Shown piece by piece: positions 1 through 12,315 of a stretch of DNA of 64,000 bases. The translations under genes and the position numbers were made by a program. A model generated the notes under the pieces. It saw only the letters and a program-made list of their open reading frames with translations. It was not told the origin of the DNA and ran no database searches. Each line of letters begins with the position of its first letter. The stretch's first letter is position 1. The DNA is from an uncultured Chloroflexia bacterium (GTDB lineage Bacteria; Chloroflexota; Limnocylindria; QHBO01), in the NCBI GenBank assembly GCA_963825905.1, contig CAWGUL010000007.1, positions 737,564 to 801,563 on the forward strand, in the 5' to 3' direction.

Positions 1-87
1 CTTCACGGGAGCCTTGGCAGCCGCGGCGGGTCGGGTCTCGGTGGTGGTCCCGCTTGCGGCGGGACGGGTCTTGGTGGTCGTGGCCAC
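1..87 (-). CDS. possible principal sigma factor (SigA/RpoD-like) N-terminus, truncated by window edge
   Basis: GTG at 87..85 lies 8 nt after a GGAG and directly after the dnaG stop (TGA 95..93). It opens a Thr/Lys/Ala-rich frame (VATTTKTRPAASGTTTETRPAAAAKAPVK) resembling actinobacterial SigA N-terminal tails. Only 29 codons are visible. Confidence 0.25.
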   Translation of the reverse strand, partial: MATTTKTRPAASGTTTETRPAAAAKAPVK

Positions 88-92
88 GGTTA

Positions 93-1919
93 TCAGCTCC
101 TCCTGGCTCCGGCGGTTGCCGGCTCTCTCATCGCTCGTGTGAGCTCGGCCTTCTCCCGGCCGAGGTGGGTCATCTGCTCTTCCAATGTGCGGACTCGCGC
201 CGCGTCGCCCTCGCGGTCTGCCTCGTCCATGAGGAGCCGCCCATCGCGGATGGCGTCCTCGATCCGCTGCACCCGCAGCCGCCGCAGGCAGCTGCGAAGC
301 GCGTCGCGCGCCGCGTCCGGTTCCAATCGCGGACTGGTGTCGGCGCGGACGTCGGCGAGCAGGTCGCGCGCCAGCTCGGCGGTCGCGGCGTCGAGTCCGC
401 CAACGAAGGTCTCGATCGCGGCGGCATCGTTCGACCCGCCGGCCCGGGACGCCCAGGCGCGAGCAAGGGCGGCGGCGGCGGCCTCGCGGAACGGCAGCGG
501 GCCGTCGCCGAGATCGTCGCCGGTGGCCGGGTAGCGCAGCAGGACGCGCAGCGCCTCCGCCTCGAGGGGCGGGAGGGTGGCGCTCACCCGCTCGCGCTGG
601 TCGCCAGCCTCGTTCGCCGGCTGTCGGAGGGCCGGCCGCGGCGTTGCCGCCAACTCGTCGGCAAGGACCTTCTCGTCGACGTCGACGAGGCGCGACAGGC
701 GCTGGAGGTACAGCGTCTGCTCGAGCCGATCCCCCACGCGGCGCAGCACGCCCAGCACCCGACGCGTCACCTCGCGCCGCCCGGTCACGCTCGACAGGTC
801 GACCGATGCGACGGCACGGTCCATGAAGTAGTCGAGCACCGGCGGCGCCTCGGCGACCGCGGTGCGCCACGCGTCCGGATCGGTCCGGATGAGCTCGTCG
901 GGATCCTTGCCCGCGGGGATGCGCACGACGCGCACCTTGCTCACCGCCTGGTCGGGCCCGAGCTCCTCCAGCAGGCCGCGCTGGGTGGCGGCCTCGCCGG
1001 CAAGGTCGACGTCGTAGGCGAGCGCGACGGCATCGGCATAGCGGGTGGCGAGCTCGACCTGGCCATGGGTGAGCGCCGTCCCGAGGCTGGCGACGACGTT
1101 GGCGAAGCCGGCCTGGTGAGCGGCCATGACATCGGTGTAGCCCTCGACGATGACCGTCAGCCCCGCCTTCCGGATCGCGGTCTTGGCGAGGTCGATCCCG
1201 TAGAGCGTGCGGCTCTTGTCGAACAGCCGCGTCGCTGGCGAGTTGAGGTACTTCGGGCCCTCCGCGCCGGGCATGATCCGCCCGCCCAGGCCCACCGCCC
1301 GCCCCGATGCGTCGCGGATCGGGATGATGATGCGGCCCCGGAACTTGTCGATCACCCCACCCCGGTTCGATGGGCTGGCGAGCCCGGCACCGATGAGCTC
1401 GGCGTTCGTGTAGCCCTTGCCGACGAGCCGCTTGACGAGCGCGTCCCACGTGTTCGGCGCATAGCCGATCGTGAACCGCTCGAGCGTCTCCGCGCTCAGT
1501 CCGCGCTCGGCGAGGTAGGCGCGCGCGCGCTCCGCCTGGGTTGCCTGGAGCAGGACCTCGCGATACCACGCGATCGCCGACTCGAGCGCGTCCCGCAGGC
1601 GCTTCCGCTCGCGGTCTTCCCGAGCGGTCCGCTCCGAGAGCTCGACGCCGGCCTTCTCGGCCAGTCGCTCGAGCGCCTCGCGGAAATCGAGGCCGTCCCG
1701 GCGCATGAGGAAGGTGAAGATGTCACCGCCCTCACCACAGCCGAAGCAGCGCCACGTCTCGCGGTCGGGGCTGACGATGAACGACGGGGTCTTCTCCGCG
1801 TGGAAGGGGCAGAGCCCCTTGTAGGCGGTGCCGGCGCGCTTCAGTTGGACCGTCTCGCCGACGATCTCGAGCACGCTGAGCTTCGATTTGATCTCGGCGG
1901 CGACGCCAGAAGAGCTCAC
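93..1919 (-). CDS. dnaG: DNA primase DnaG
   Basis: ORF 93..2051 carries a CHC2 zinc finger (CPFHAEKTPSF...CFGCG) and Toprim motifs. The start was trimmed to GTG 1919 (VSSSGVAAEIKSKLSVLEIV matches DnaG N-termini); the upstream 44 codons fall in AT-rich non-coding-like sequence. Confidence 0.85.
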   Translation of the reverse strand: MSSSGVAAEIKSKLSVLEIVGETVQLKRAGTAYKGLCPFHAEKTPSFIVSPDRETWRCFGCGEGGDIFTFLMRRDGLDFREALERLAEKAGVELSERTAREDRERKRLRDALESAIAWYREVLLQATQAERARAYLAERGLSAETLERFTIGYAPNTWDALVKRLVGKGYTNAELIGAGLASPSNRGGVIDKFRGRIIIPIRDASGRAVGLGGRIMPGAEGPKYLNSPATRLFDKSRTLYGIDLAKTAIRKAGLTVIVEGYTDVMAAHQAGFANVVASLGTALTHGQVELATRYADAVALAYDVDLAGEAATQRGLLEELGPDQAVSKVRVVRIPAGKDPDELIRTDPDAWRTAVAEAPPVLDYFMDRAVASVDLSSVTGRREVTRRVLGVLRRVGDRLEQTLYLQRLSRLVDVDEKVLADELAATPRPALRQPANEAGDQRERVSATLPPLEAEALRVLLRYPATGDDLGDGPLPFREAAAAALARAWASRAGGSNDAAAIETFVGGLDAATAELARDLLADVRADTSPRLEPDAARDALRSCLRRLRVQRIEDAIRDGRLLMDEADREGDAARVRTLEEQMTHLGREKAELTRAMREPATAGARRS

Positions 1920-1939
1920 CCGGAAGCACGCATCCCGTT

Positions 1940-2010
1940 CGATGGATTGGTTGTCAAGTAGTTTGTCAATAGCGCAGAACCAATTATACCGACTTGTCAA
2001 GCCTCGGACC
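1940..2010. promoter_or_regulatory. AT-rich divergent promoter/operator region between dnaG and the ECF sigma gene, with three TTGTCAA direct repeats
   Basis: TTGTCAA occurs at about 1951, 1963 and 1994 (TTGACA on the minus strand). A TATAAT on the minus strand sits at about 1988..1983. On the plus strand, TTGTCA-N16-TATACC (1963..1990) is a candidate promoter. GC content drops sharply here. Confidence 0.35.
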
Positions 2011-2094
2011 AGCGGCTGGCCGTCGGGGCCACTGGACGAACGCAGGTACACTTGGTGGTCCTTCGTCCAAGCCCTACCGGACGTGCCCTATCGG

Positions 2095-2658
2095 ATGACC
2101 TCGACCTCCAGCCCTACGGATGCCGCGACCTTGCGCAGCGCGTTCCGTGACGTGCATGCCGCGCGCCTTCACGGCTTCGCGCTGCTCGTGACCTGCGGTG
2201 ACGGCGAGGCGGCCGCGCACCTCACGAACGCGGTCTTGGGCGCGCACGCTTCGCGAATCGCCGTCGAGCGCCACCCGGAGCGCGCCGCGGCGGCACTCCG
2301 TGCGGAGCTCCTGCGGCGCGCCCGCCGCCTGCGGCGACCCGAAGTCACCGATGCAGACCGGGCAACGATGCTCCGCGCCCTGAACGTCGACGCGTCGGCG
2401 GCCGAAGCGCTTGGCCGGCTGGGGGTCGCACCGCGGGCGGCACTCGTCGCGGCCGACGTCGAACGCTTCGCGCCCGAGGACGTGGCGATGATCCTCAACA
2501 GCTCGGCTGCGAGCGCGCGCCGCATGGTTCGCGCAGCACGGCGCCAGTACATCGCCGCGCACCCAGGACCGCCGCCCGGCGTGGTCGGCCCGATCCGCGC
2601 GCGCATCGCGGAGATCGCGGCCAGGGCGCTCGGATCAGCGGAGGCGGAGCGGTCGTGA
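2095..2658 (+). CDS. ECF-type sigma-70 family sigma factor
   Basis: ATG 2095, 187 aa. Region-2-like LHGFALLVTCGDGEAAAHLTNAV and region-4 HTH (ERFAPEDVAMILNSSAASARRMVRAARRQY). Stop overlaps the downstream start in GTGA. The 5' part of ORF 1828.. has AT-rich third positions and was rejected. Confidence 0.6.
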   Translation: MTSTSSPTDAATLRSAFRDVHAARLHGFALLVTCGDGEAAAHLTNAVLGAHASRIAVERHPERAAAALRAELLRRARRLRRPEVTDADRATMLRALNVDASAAEALGRLGVAPRAALVAADVERFAPEDVAMILNSSAASARRMVRAARRQYIAAHPGPPPGVVGPIRARIAEIAARALGSAEAERS

Positions 2659-3470
2659 CGCGAGGGGGAGACGAGTTCCACGCCCGGAGCATGGCGTGGC
2701 TCGAGGATGGCGCGCGCGACGACCCGCCGCGCGACGTCGCGGTGCATGCCAACTCGTGCCCCATCTGCGCCATGCAGGCGGCCGCCCTCGACGGGCTGGC
2801 GATCATCGATCCGGGACGCGCGGTCAGGCCGCCGTCACGGCTCAGTCCGCTGGCGCTCGCGCCATCGATGACATGGAACCGTGCCGCGGTCGTCGTCGGC
2901 GCGATCCTGCTGACGGTGGGGATCGGTGCGATCGGGGCCAGCTTCATCCGTGGCGGCGGCCCGCAGCAGGGTGTCCTTGGCGGGACCGGTACGTCAGGTG
3001 CGACGGCCTCGCCGACCGCGAGCATGTCCCCCACCGACACCCCGAACGGATCCGCGTCGGCGAGCGCATCCGACTCCTCGACGGCCGTGCCGACCGTCAC
3101 GAGCCGCCCGGGCGCGACGATTCCCCCGTTTGTGACGCCACCGCCCTTCGTGACCCCCTCGCCACCGTTCGTCACCCCGTCGCCGCCGTTGGTGACCCCA
3201 CGGCCGACGATCGGCGCCACGCCGTCGCCCGCGCCCACGCCGACGTTGCCGCCGCCTACGCCAACGCCCACGCCAACGCCGACCCCGAGCCCGACCCCCA
3301 CGCCCACCCCGACAGACACGCCGTCACCAAGCCTGGTGCCACCACCGAACGACTGTGCGGATGGCATGGACAACGACGGCGACAACCTGATCGACACGCT
3401 CGGAGACGCGACGCATCTGCCGGATCCTGGCTGCCTCGTCCCCTTCGACCCGCACGAGTCGGCGGCGTGA
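2655..3470 (+). CDS. zinc-finger (ZAS, HxxxCxxC) anti-sigma factor, single-pass membrane protein with Pro/Thr-rich extracytoplasmic region
   Basis: GTG 2655 is coupled (GTGA) to the sigma gene. HANSCPIC ZAS motif at about 2745-2768 and one TM helix (AAVVVGAILLTVGIGAIGASF). Then Ser/Thr/Pro-rich repeats and a C-terminal Asp-rich CADGMDNDGDNLID...DPGC segment. Confidence 0.55.
   Translation: MTRGGDEFHARSMAWLEDGARDDPPRDVAVHANSCPICAMQAAALDGLAIIDPGRAVRPPSRLSPLALAPSMTWNRAAVVVGAILLTVGIGAIGASFIRGGGPQQGVLGGTGTSGATASPTASMSPTDTPNGSASASASDSSTAVPTVTSRPGATIPPFVTPPPFVTPSPPFVTPSPPLVTPRPTIGATPSPAPTPTLPPPTPTPTPTPTPSPTPTPTPTDTPSPSLVPPPNDCADGMDNDGDNLIDTLGDATHLPDPGCLVPFDPHESAA
3123..3332 (+). repeat. in-frame tandem coding repeats: (PPFVTP)x4 then (PT/PS)n run, inside the anti-sigma CDS
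   Basis: The translation reads PPFVTPPPFVTPSPPFVTPSPPLVTP followed by PTPTLPPPTPTPTPTPTPSPTPTPTPTDTPSPS. The DNA shows about 15-nt and 6-nt periodicity. Confidence 0.5.
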
Positions 3471-3477
3471 GCCGACC

Positions 3478-6240
<2,763 letters not shown>

Positions 6241-6320
6241 GAGCGGCGCGGTCCTCGTCGTGCGGGGTGGCGTGGGGATGCCGATCAAGTGTACGCGCGC
6301 CCGGGGCCGGCGACCGCGGC

Positions 6321-7277
6321 CTAGAGCCAGTGCCGCGACCGGGCGAAGATCAGCGTCCCTGCCGCCAGCGCCACCATGATCCCGATGACGACATAGAACA
6401 TGTTCGGGTTGTCGAAGATCGGCGCCTTGAAGTTCATCCCCATCACGCCGGCGATGACGACCGCCGGCAGCAGGATGACCGATGCGATCGTCAGCACCCG
6501 CATCACGTCGTTCGTGCGCTGCGCCGTGCGGGTCATGTGGACGTCGAAGGTGCCGATGAGCATGTCGCGCGCCGAGGTGAACGCATCGGTGGCACGGTCC
6601 AGCCGGCCGACGATGCCCTGGATCGCCTCCGCTCCCTTGGCGAAGCGCTCCGGGATGAAGTCCGGTCGCGCGATCTCGGCCACGACCTCGCGGTGCGCGC
6701 TCACGAGCCGCCGCGCGCGGGCGATCCGCCGCCGCATCCGCACGAGCCGCGACACGATGTCGTGATCCGTGCGCAGCGCGGCGTCGTCGAGCTCGTCGAC
6801 CTCGCGCTCGAGGTCCTCGGCCGCGGCGAAGAAGGTGTCGACCCATGCATCGAGGATGGCCACCAGCAGATCGACCGATTGGAGCCGCCCGATCTCACGC
6901 TGATCCTGGATCCGCTCGCGATACGCCGCCAGGAACGGGATCGGGATGCGATGCCGGGTGACGAGCCAGCCCTCGCCGATGAGGATTTCGAGCAGCACCG
7001 GGTCCTCGGCGATGTCGTCGGCAAGCGACAGGAGCGCGACCTCGACCGCGTCGTCGTGAACGATCGCCCCAGGCCGCGACGCATGGGCGTGGAGCGAGGC
7101 CGACGCGCGGTCGCTGAGCTTCAGGGCGGTGGCCACCTCGTCGAGCTCGCTCTCCGCCGGCGCATCGAGATCGATCCACAGCAGCTGGTCGGTGGCGACG
7201 TGGAGTGTCCGCCACGCCTGGAGCCCGACCTTCGTGTCGCGCCCGTCGGCGCTGGAGAGGAGGGCGTCGACGCTCAT
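6321..7277 (-). CDS. corA: magnesium/cobalt transporter CorA
   Basis: 318 aa, C-terminal two TM helices with the GMN motif (GVMGMNF). Confidence 0.9.
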   Translation of the reverse strand: MSVDALLSSADGRDTKVGLQAWRTLHVATDQLLWIDLDAPAESELDEVATALKLSDRASASLHAHASRPGAIVHDDAVEVALLSLADDIAEDPVLLEILIGEGWLVTRHRIPIPFLAAYRERIQDQREIGRLQSVDLLVAILDAWVDTFFAAAEDLEREVDELDDAALRTDHDIVSRLVRMRRRIARARRLVSAHREVVAEIARPDFIPERFAKGAEAIQGIVGRLDRATDAFTSARDMLIGTFDVHMTRTAQRTNDVMRVLTIASVILLPAVVIAGVMGMNFKAPIFDNPNMFYVVIGIMVALAAGTLIFARSRHWL

Positions 7278-7310
7278 GGTGTTGCCCGAATGCAGCGAGC
7301 GTGCCGCGAG

Positions 7311-8054
7311 TCAGCCATCGACATGCAGCAGGCCGGCGCGGAGGGCGAGACTGAAGAGGGCGGGCCAGCGCGCGACGATGCGCCCGCCCCAGCCGGCGCC
7401 CTGGAGATAGCAGCGCCGCGCCTTGTCGATCACCCGGGCCCGGTCCGCCTCCACGAGCTCGCGGGCCAGCGCCCGGTAGTCGTCGAACGCCTCGTCCCGC
7501 CGGCCGGCGAGCCAGCGCGCGTCGGCGAGCGTCTCGCGCGCGTCGAGCGCGTTGCCGAGCAGCCGCAGCGCGGCGCCCGCCGCCTGGTACGCGCCGCGCG
7601 CGTCCCCGGTCCGTACGAGCGCCTGGGCGAGCGTCAGCTGGGCGCGACCGCTGCGCGGGTCCAGGCGGACGGCCGCGCGCGCAGCGTCCACGCCCTGCGC
7701 GGCCTGCGCCGCGTCGAGACGCTCCCCCGCCTCGGCGAGCAGCCAATCGGCCTGGCGCGGGTCGTTGCGCGCCAGGCGGCCGAACTCGGCCGCCGCGTCT
7801 CCATGCGCGCCGACCGCGGAGAGGACCTCCGCGAGCAGCTCCCGGTACCGGATCTCGTCGGGATCGAGTCGCACTGCCGCCTGCGCGTGCTCCTCCGCCT
7901 CCGCGACACGACCGAGCGCGAGCAGGGACCGCGCCCGGAGCTCGTGCGCCGCGTCGTTCCCCGGCCGCGCGGCGAGCTCGGCCGCGGTGAGGTCGATGAC
8001 GGCCGCGTGGTCGCCGCGCTCGACGGCCGCCCGGATCGGGTCGAGGCCGGTCAT
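7311..8054 (-). CDS. tetratricopeptide-repeat protein
   Basis: 247 aa, repeated Ala-rich helical TPR-like units (LALGRVAEAEEHAQAAVRLDP..., LAQALVRTGDARGAYQAAGAALRL). Confidence 0.55.
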   Translation of the reverse strand: MTGLDPIRAAVERGDHAAVIDLTAAELAARPGNDAAHELRARSLLALGRVAEAEEHAQAAVRLDPDEIRYRELLAEVLSAVGAHGDAAAEFGRLARNDPRQADWLLAEAGERLDAAQAAQGVDAARAAVRLDPRSGRAQLTLAQALVRTGDARGAYQAAGAALRLLGNALDARETLADARWLAGRRDEAFDDYRALARELVEADRARVIDKARRCYLQGAGWGGRIVARWPALFSLALRAGLLHVDG

Positions 8055-8070
8055 CGGTGTGGCGTGCGGC

Positions 8071-9438
8071 TCACGGTGAGGCGCTCGTGGCGCCGGCCGG
8101 CTCGCGCGGGACGCCCTGCCACGGCTCCCGCCCCGCGACCAGGTCGGCGATCCGCTCCGGGACCCGGGCGAGCGCGACGCGCTCCTGGGTCATCGTGTCG
8201 CGGTCGCGGATCGTGGCCGCGCCGTCGTCGAGCGACTCCGGATCGACGGTGACGCAGAACGGGGTACCGATCTCGTCCTGTCGGCGGTAGAGCTTGCCGA
8301 TGCTGGCCGTGTCGTCGTAGGTGGCGGCCACGTGATGCTTGAGGTCGGCGGTGAGCGCCCGCGCGCGCTCCACGAGCTCCGGGCGGTTGCGGAGCAGCGG
8401 CAGGACGGCCGCCTTGATCGGCGCGAGCTCGGGCCTGATGCGCAGCACGACCCGGCGCTCGCCGGCGACCTGCTCCTCCGCGTAGCCGTCGATGAGGACG
8501 GTGAGCAGCGCGCGGTCGACGCCCGCGGCCGGCTCGATCACGTACGGCACGATGTGCTCGCCGCTCGCCTCGTCGAAGATGGCGAGCTTCTTCCCGCTGG
8601 CGGCGGCGTGGGCCTTCAGGTCGTAGTCGGTGCGGTCGGCGATCCCCTCCAGCTCGGACCACCCGATCGGGAAGCGATACTCGATGTCGGTCGTCTGCTT
8701 GCTGTAGTGCGACAGCTCATCGGGGTCGTGCGGCCGGAGGCGCAGGTTCTCGGCGTCGATGCCGAGCACATCGGTCCACCAGCGGTGGCGTTCGTCGACC
8801 CAGTAGCCGAACCATCGGTCCTCGTCCCGCGGGTGGACGAAGAACTCCATCTCCATCTGCTCGAGCTCGCGGTCGCGGAAGATGAAGTTGCCCGGGGTGA
8901 TCTCGTTGCGGAAGCTGCGGCCGATCTGCGCGATCCCGAACGGCAGCTTGCGACGCATGCTCGTCGCCACATTGTCGAACTGCACAAACATCGCCTGCGC
9001 CGTCTCGGGCCGCAGGTACGCGATCGACGACGACTCCGCAACCGGCCCCACGTGGGTGGCGAACATGAGGTTGAACTGGCGCGCCTCGGTCAGCGTGTTT
9101 CGCACGCCGCAGTTCGGGCACGCGATCTCCGACGGCGGCCCCTTCAGGTCGTCCTCCCGAAAGCGGTTCTTGCAGTTCCGGCAGTCGACCATCGGGTCGC
9201 TGAAGCCGGCCACATGGCCCGATGCCTCCCAGACGCGCGGGTTCATGATGATCGCCGCATCGAGCCCGACCACGTCGTCGCGCAGGCTCACCATGTGCCG
9301 CCACCAGGCCGCGTGGATGTTGTTCTTCAGCTCCACACCGAGCGGCCCGTAGTCCCAGAAGCCGGCCATGCCTCCGTAGATCTCGCTCGACGGGAACACG
9401 AAGCCGCGGCGCTTGGCGAGACTGACGATGACGTCCAT
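8071..9438 (-). CDS. glyQS: glycine--tRNA ligase (homodimeric class II type)
   Basis: MDVIVSLAKRRGFVFPSSEIYGG N-terminus, class II motifs and an anticodon-binding C-terminal domain. Start placed at internal ATG 9438; the 16 upstream codons (MPLRPQEPPPTVPAPN) are unlikely to be coding. Confidence 0.9.
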   Translation of the reverse strand: MDVIVSLAKRRGFVFPSSEIYGGMAGFWDYGPLGVELKNNIHAAWWRHMVSLRDDVVGLDAAIIMNPRVWEASGHVAGFSDPMVDCRNCKNRFREDDLKGPPSEIACPNCGVRNTLTEARQFNLMFATHVGPVAESSSIAYLRPETAQAMFVQFDNVATSMRRKLPFGIAQIGRSFRNEITPGNFIFRDRELEQMEMEFFVHPRDEDRWFGYWVDERHRWWTDVLGIDAENLRLRPHDPDELSHYSKQTTDIEYRFPIGWSELEGIADRTDYDLKAHAAASGKKLAIFDEASGEHIVPYVIEPAAGVDRALLTVLIDGYAEEQVAGERRVVLRIRPELAPIKAAVLPLLRNRPELVERARALTADLKHHVAATYDDTASIGKLYRRQDEIGTPFCVTVDPESLDDGAATIRDRDTMTQERVALARVPERIADLVAGREPWQGVPREPAGATSASP

Positions 9439-9505
9439 GTTCGGGGCGGGCACGGTCGGCGGCGGCTCCTGCGGGCGTAGGGGCATCGAGTCTAGCGGAG
9501 TTGGC

Positions 9506-10357
9506 TCAGCCGCTCCCCAGCGCGCGCACGAGGCCGAAGGCGATCGTCACGACGACCGCCACGGGCAGGAGGACGAGGAGCCGGCGGCGGAAGAAGCCGC
9601 TCCACAGGACGCCGTCGGCGCGGGGCCCGAGCGCCGCCCGCGCCGTCTCGAGCGGCGGCAGCCAGTCGCCGTTCGTGGCGAGCGCGGCGCGCACCTCGAG
9701 CATCGCGATCCGCACCGCGCCGTCCACGCGGTCGTCACCGGCTGCCGCCTCGGTCGCGGCACGCAGCTCGGCGAGGTCGAGCTCGCCGCGCTCGAAGAAT
9801 GCCTGCGTGGCGGCGAGGTCGGCGTGAGCGATCCGCTCCGCGGGTTCCGTGACGGGCAGCTCCGCCAGGCCGGCGGCGGCCTCGTCGAACCGGCGCGCCA
9901 GGAGCAGCACCTCGATCCGCGCCCAGCGATTCGCGCCGGTCGCCGGATGGCTGGCCAACCACCGCTCGGCGGCTGCCGGCGTCGTCGGCGGCAGCTGCCA
10001 CGGCAGCGAGCCGGTGGCGGCCTGCCAGGCGCGCAGGTCGCGCTCCCCGATCCAGGTCTGCACCTCCATCGCGCCGCGCACGCGCGCGGGCACGAGGAGG
10101 ACCGATGCCGCCTGCCAGACGACGAGGATCATGACGCCGAAGGCGATGTCGCTGAACGACAGCCACGGCGCCGGCCAGCGTGACCAGGCGTCGATCCAGG
10201 GCGTGAGGAGCGCGATCGCCATCGCGAGGGCGATCGACGCGAGCGGCGCCACGACGACCGCGATCCCGATCGCCCACAGGTCGCGGCCGGAGATCGACCC
10301 CGCCAGCGCGCGGCCGATGTCGCCGATGCGCGTCTGGCCGCCCGACGCCTGGCTCAC
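9506..10357 (-). CDS. hypothetical membrane protein
   Basis: 283 aa with hydrophobic helices near the N- and C-termini and Trp-rich segments. Start overlaps the recO stop (ATGA), suggesting co-translation with recO. Confidence 0.45.
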   Translation of the reverse strand: MSQASGGQTRIGDIGRALAGSISGRDLWAIGIAVVVAPLASIALAMAIALLTPWIDAWSRWPAPWLSFSDIAFGVMILVVWQAASVLLVPARVRGAMEVQTWIGERDLRAWQAATGSLPWQLPPTTPAAAERWLASHPATGANRWARIEVLLLARRFDEAAAGLAELPVTEPAERIAHADLAATQAFFERGELDLAELRAATEAAAGDDRVDGAVRIAMLEVRAALATNGDWLPPLETARAALGPRADGVLWSGFFRRRLLVLLPVAVVVTIAFGLVRALGSG

Positions 10358-11157
10358 CCGGCGGGCGCCCCGGCCACCTCGCGCCGCTCGCGGGCCTCCA
10401 CCTCCTCGAGGAAGTCGCGCGAGCGCAGCTCACGCTCGAGCACGGCCGAGATCGTGCCGTGGAGGAGCCGCTCCGCCTCGCGCGCCACGGGCACCGCCAG
10501 CCGGAGGCGCAGCACCTCGGTGAGCTCGGAGCGCTGGAGGTGGCGCAGGACCTTCAGCGCGTCGTCGGTGATCGGTCGCGCGCCGAGCGCGGCGTGCCCG
10601 CATGCGGAACAGAGGATGCCCGCCGCGACGGGCGAGTACGCGTTGCCGCCGGGCTCGATGGTGGCACCGCATTCGAGGCAGCGGCCGAGCTCGGGCCGGA
10701 AGCCCATCGCGCCGAGGAGGTGGAGCTCGAACCAGCGCGCCACCACGTCGCGCGCCACGAGGTCGCCGGGCACGTCGAGCCCGGTGAGCGCCTGGGCGAG
10801 GAGCACGAACGCGGCGTGCGCATCCGCCCGCTCCTCGCAGAAGCGGTCGGCGAGCTCGGCCACGTACCAGGCCGACGCGGTGGCGTGCAGGTCCTCGCGG
10901 AGGCCGAGGTGCGGGTTCTCGAGCGCGGTCGCGGTGATGACGTCGAAGGTGCGACCGATGGCGAGCACGAGATGGACGTCGGAGAGCGGCTCGAGGCCGC
11001 CGCCGAGCCGCGATCGCGTGCGACGCACGCCCTTTGCGACGACCTTCAGCTTCCCGAGGCGCGGGGTGAGGATGGTCAGGATCCGATCCGCCTCGCCGAG
11101 ATCCATGCTGCGCAGCACGATCGCCTCCGTCTTGTAGAGGCGCCCGCGGGGGCTCAC
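10354..11157 (-). CDS. recO: DNA repair protein RecO
   Basis: GTG 11157 gives [37 protein letters not shown], the RecO OB-fold N-terminus, plus a C-terminal Cys4 zinc motif (CLECG...CSACG). The long upstream extension of ORF 10354..12330 is antisense to the polyprenyl synthase gene. Confidence 0.85.
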   Translation of the reverse strand: MSPRGRLYKTEAIVLRSMDLGEADRILTILTPRLGKLKVVAKGVRRTRSRLGGGLEPLSDVHLVLAIGRTFDVITATALENPHLGLREDLHATASAWYVAELADRFCEERADAHAAFVLLAQALTGLDVPGDLVARDVVARWFELHLLGAMGFRPELGRCLECGATIEPGGNAYSPVAAGILCSACGHAALGARPITDDALKVLRHLQRSELTEVLRLRLAVPVAREAERLLHGTISAVLERELRSRDFLEEVEARERREVAGAPAG

Positions 11158-11262
11158 GTGGACCGCCGCGGGAGTGCGCAGGAAAACTTGCTCATTCGAG
11201 GTATCATGATCGCCGAGCGATCGCATCGCGGTCGCCGGCATCGCACGCAGGACGCGCAGCCC

Positions 11263-12315
11263 ATGGCGCTCATCGACCTCGGGTACTCTTCGGACGTGGA
11301 CATCCAGGCCGAGTTTACGCGCCTCCTCGGCGACATCGAGGGGGAGATGCGATCGGTCCTCGCCGACCACGACGGCCATGCCCGGCCCCTCTACGAGCAG
11401 CTGGCTTACCACCTCGGTCTCGACGAGGCGGAAGGCGCGCGCGGCAAGCGCATCCGCCCCCTGCTCGGCCTGCTCGCCTACCGCTCGATCGCCGGCGAGC
11501 ACAAGGGCGCGCTCCCCGGCGCCGCCGCCGTGGAGCTGGGTCACAACTTCAGCCTCGTCCACGACGACATCGAGGACGGCGACCTCGAACGCCGCCACCG
11601 CCCGACGCTGTGGGCCATCTGGGGCATCCCGCTCGCCATCAACGCCGGCGACGCGCTGTTCGCCCTGTCGCGGCTGGCTCTCTACCGCCTCCTCGACGGC
11701 GGATTCAGCGAGCGCCGGGTGCTCGACATCATGCGCATCTACGACGAGACCTGCCTCGCCCTCTGCGAGGGCCAGTACCTCGACATCAGCTTCGAGCGCT
11801 CCGCGCAGATCAGCGTCGAGGCGTACATGGAGATGATCGGCAAGAAGACGGCCGCCCTCATCGGCGCGTCGGTCCAGGCGGGTGCCCTGCTTGCCACGGA
11901 CGACCCGGCGATCATCGCCGCCTACCAGCGCTTCGGCTACGACCTGGGGCTCGCGTTCCAGATCGCCGACGACGTGAAGGGCAGCTTCTGGAGCAGCGAC
12001 CGCTCCGGCAAGGCGGAGGCGGGCGACCTGCGACGCCGGAAGAAGACGCTCCCCGTGGTGTGGGCGCTGGAGCACGCATCCGCCACGCAGGGGGAGCGGC
12101 TGCGGGAGCTGTTCGCACCGGCCGACGAGCCGATGACCGACGCACAGGTCGAGGAGGCGCTCGGCCTCCTCGTCGCCACCGGCGCGCGCGACCATGCGCA
12201 GGCCGAGGCGCGCCGGCTCCGCGACGGTGCGCTCGGCGAGATCGACGCACTGCCGATCGACGACCTGCACCGCACCCAGCTCCGCGCCCTGGTCGAGTCG
12301 GTCATCGCCCCGTGA
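11263..12315 (+). CDS. polyprenyl diphosphate synthase (trans-isoprenyl diphosphate synthase, GGPP synthase-like)
   Basis: First and second Asp-rich motifs ([18 protein letters not shown]). Start at ATG 11263 (alternative ATG 11206); the upstream part of ORF 10459.. is antisense to recO. Confidence 0.8.
   Translation: MALIDLGYSSDVDIQAEFTRLLGDIEGEMRSVLADHDGHARPLYEQLAYHLGLDEAEGARGKRIRPLLGLLAYRSIAGEHKGALPGAAAVELGHNFSLVHDDIEDGDLERRHRPTLWAIWGIPLAINAGDALFALSRLALYRLLDGGFSERRVLDIMRIYDETCLALCEGQYLDISFERSAQISVEAYMEMIGKKTAALIGASVQAGALLATDDPAIIAAYQRFGYDLGLAFQIADDVKGSFWSSDRSGKAEAGDLRRRKKTLPVVWALEHASATQGERLRELFAPADEPMTDAQVEEALGLLVATGARDHAQAEARRLRDGALGEIDALPIDDLHRTQLRALVESVIAP

Noticed and set aside
54-1961. 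635-aa plus-strand ORF antisense to dnaG
   Set aside because: It lies entirely opposite a well-supported conserved gene. The translation is Arg/Gly/Ala-rich low complexity, typical of open antisense frames in high-GC DNA.
3123-3332. Possible CRISPR-like or minisatellite repeat array
   Set aside because: The repeats are short (6-15 nt), in-frame, and encode Pro/Thr linker sequence inside a CDS. There are no spacers and no cas genes.
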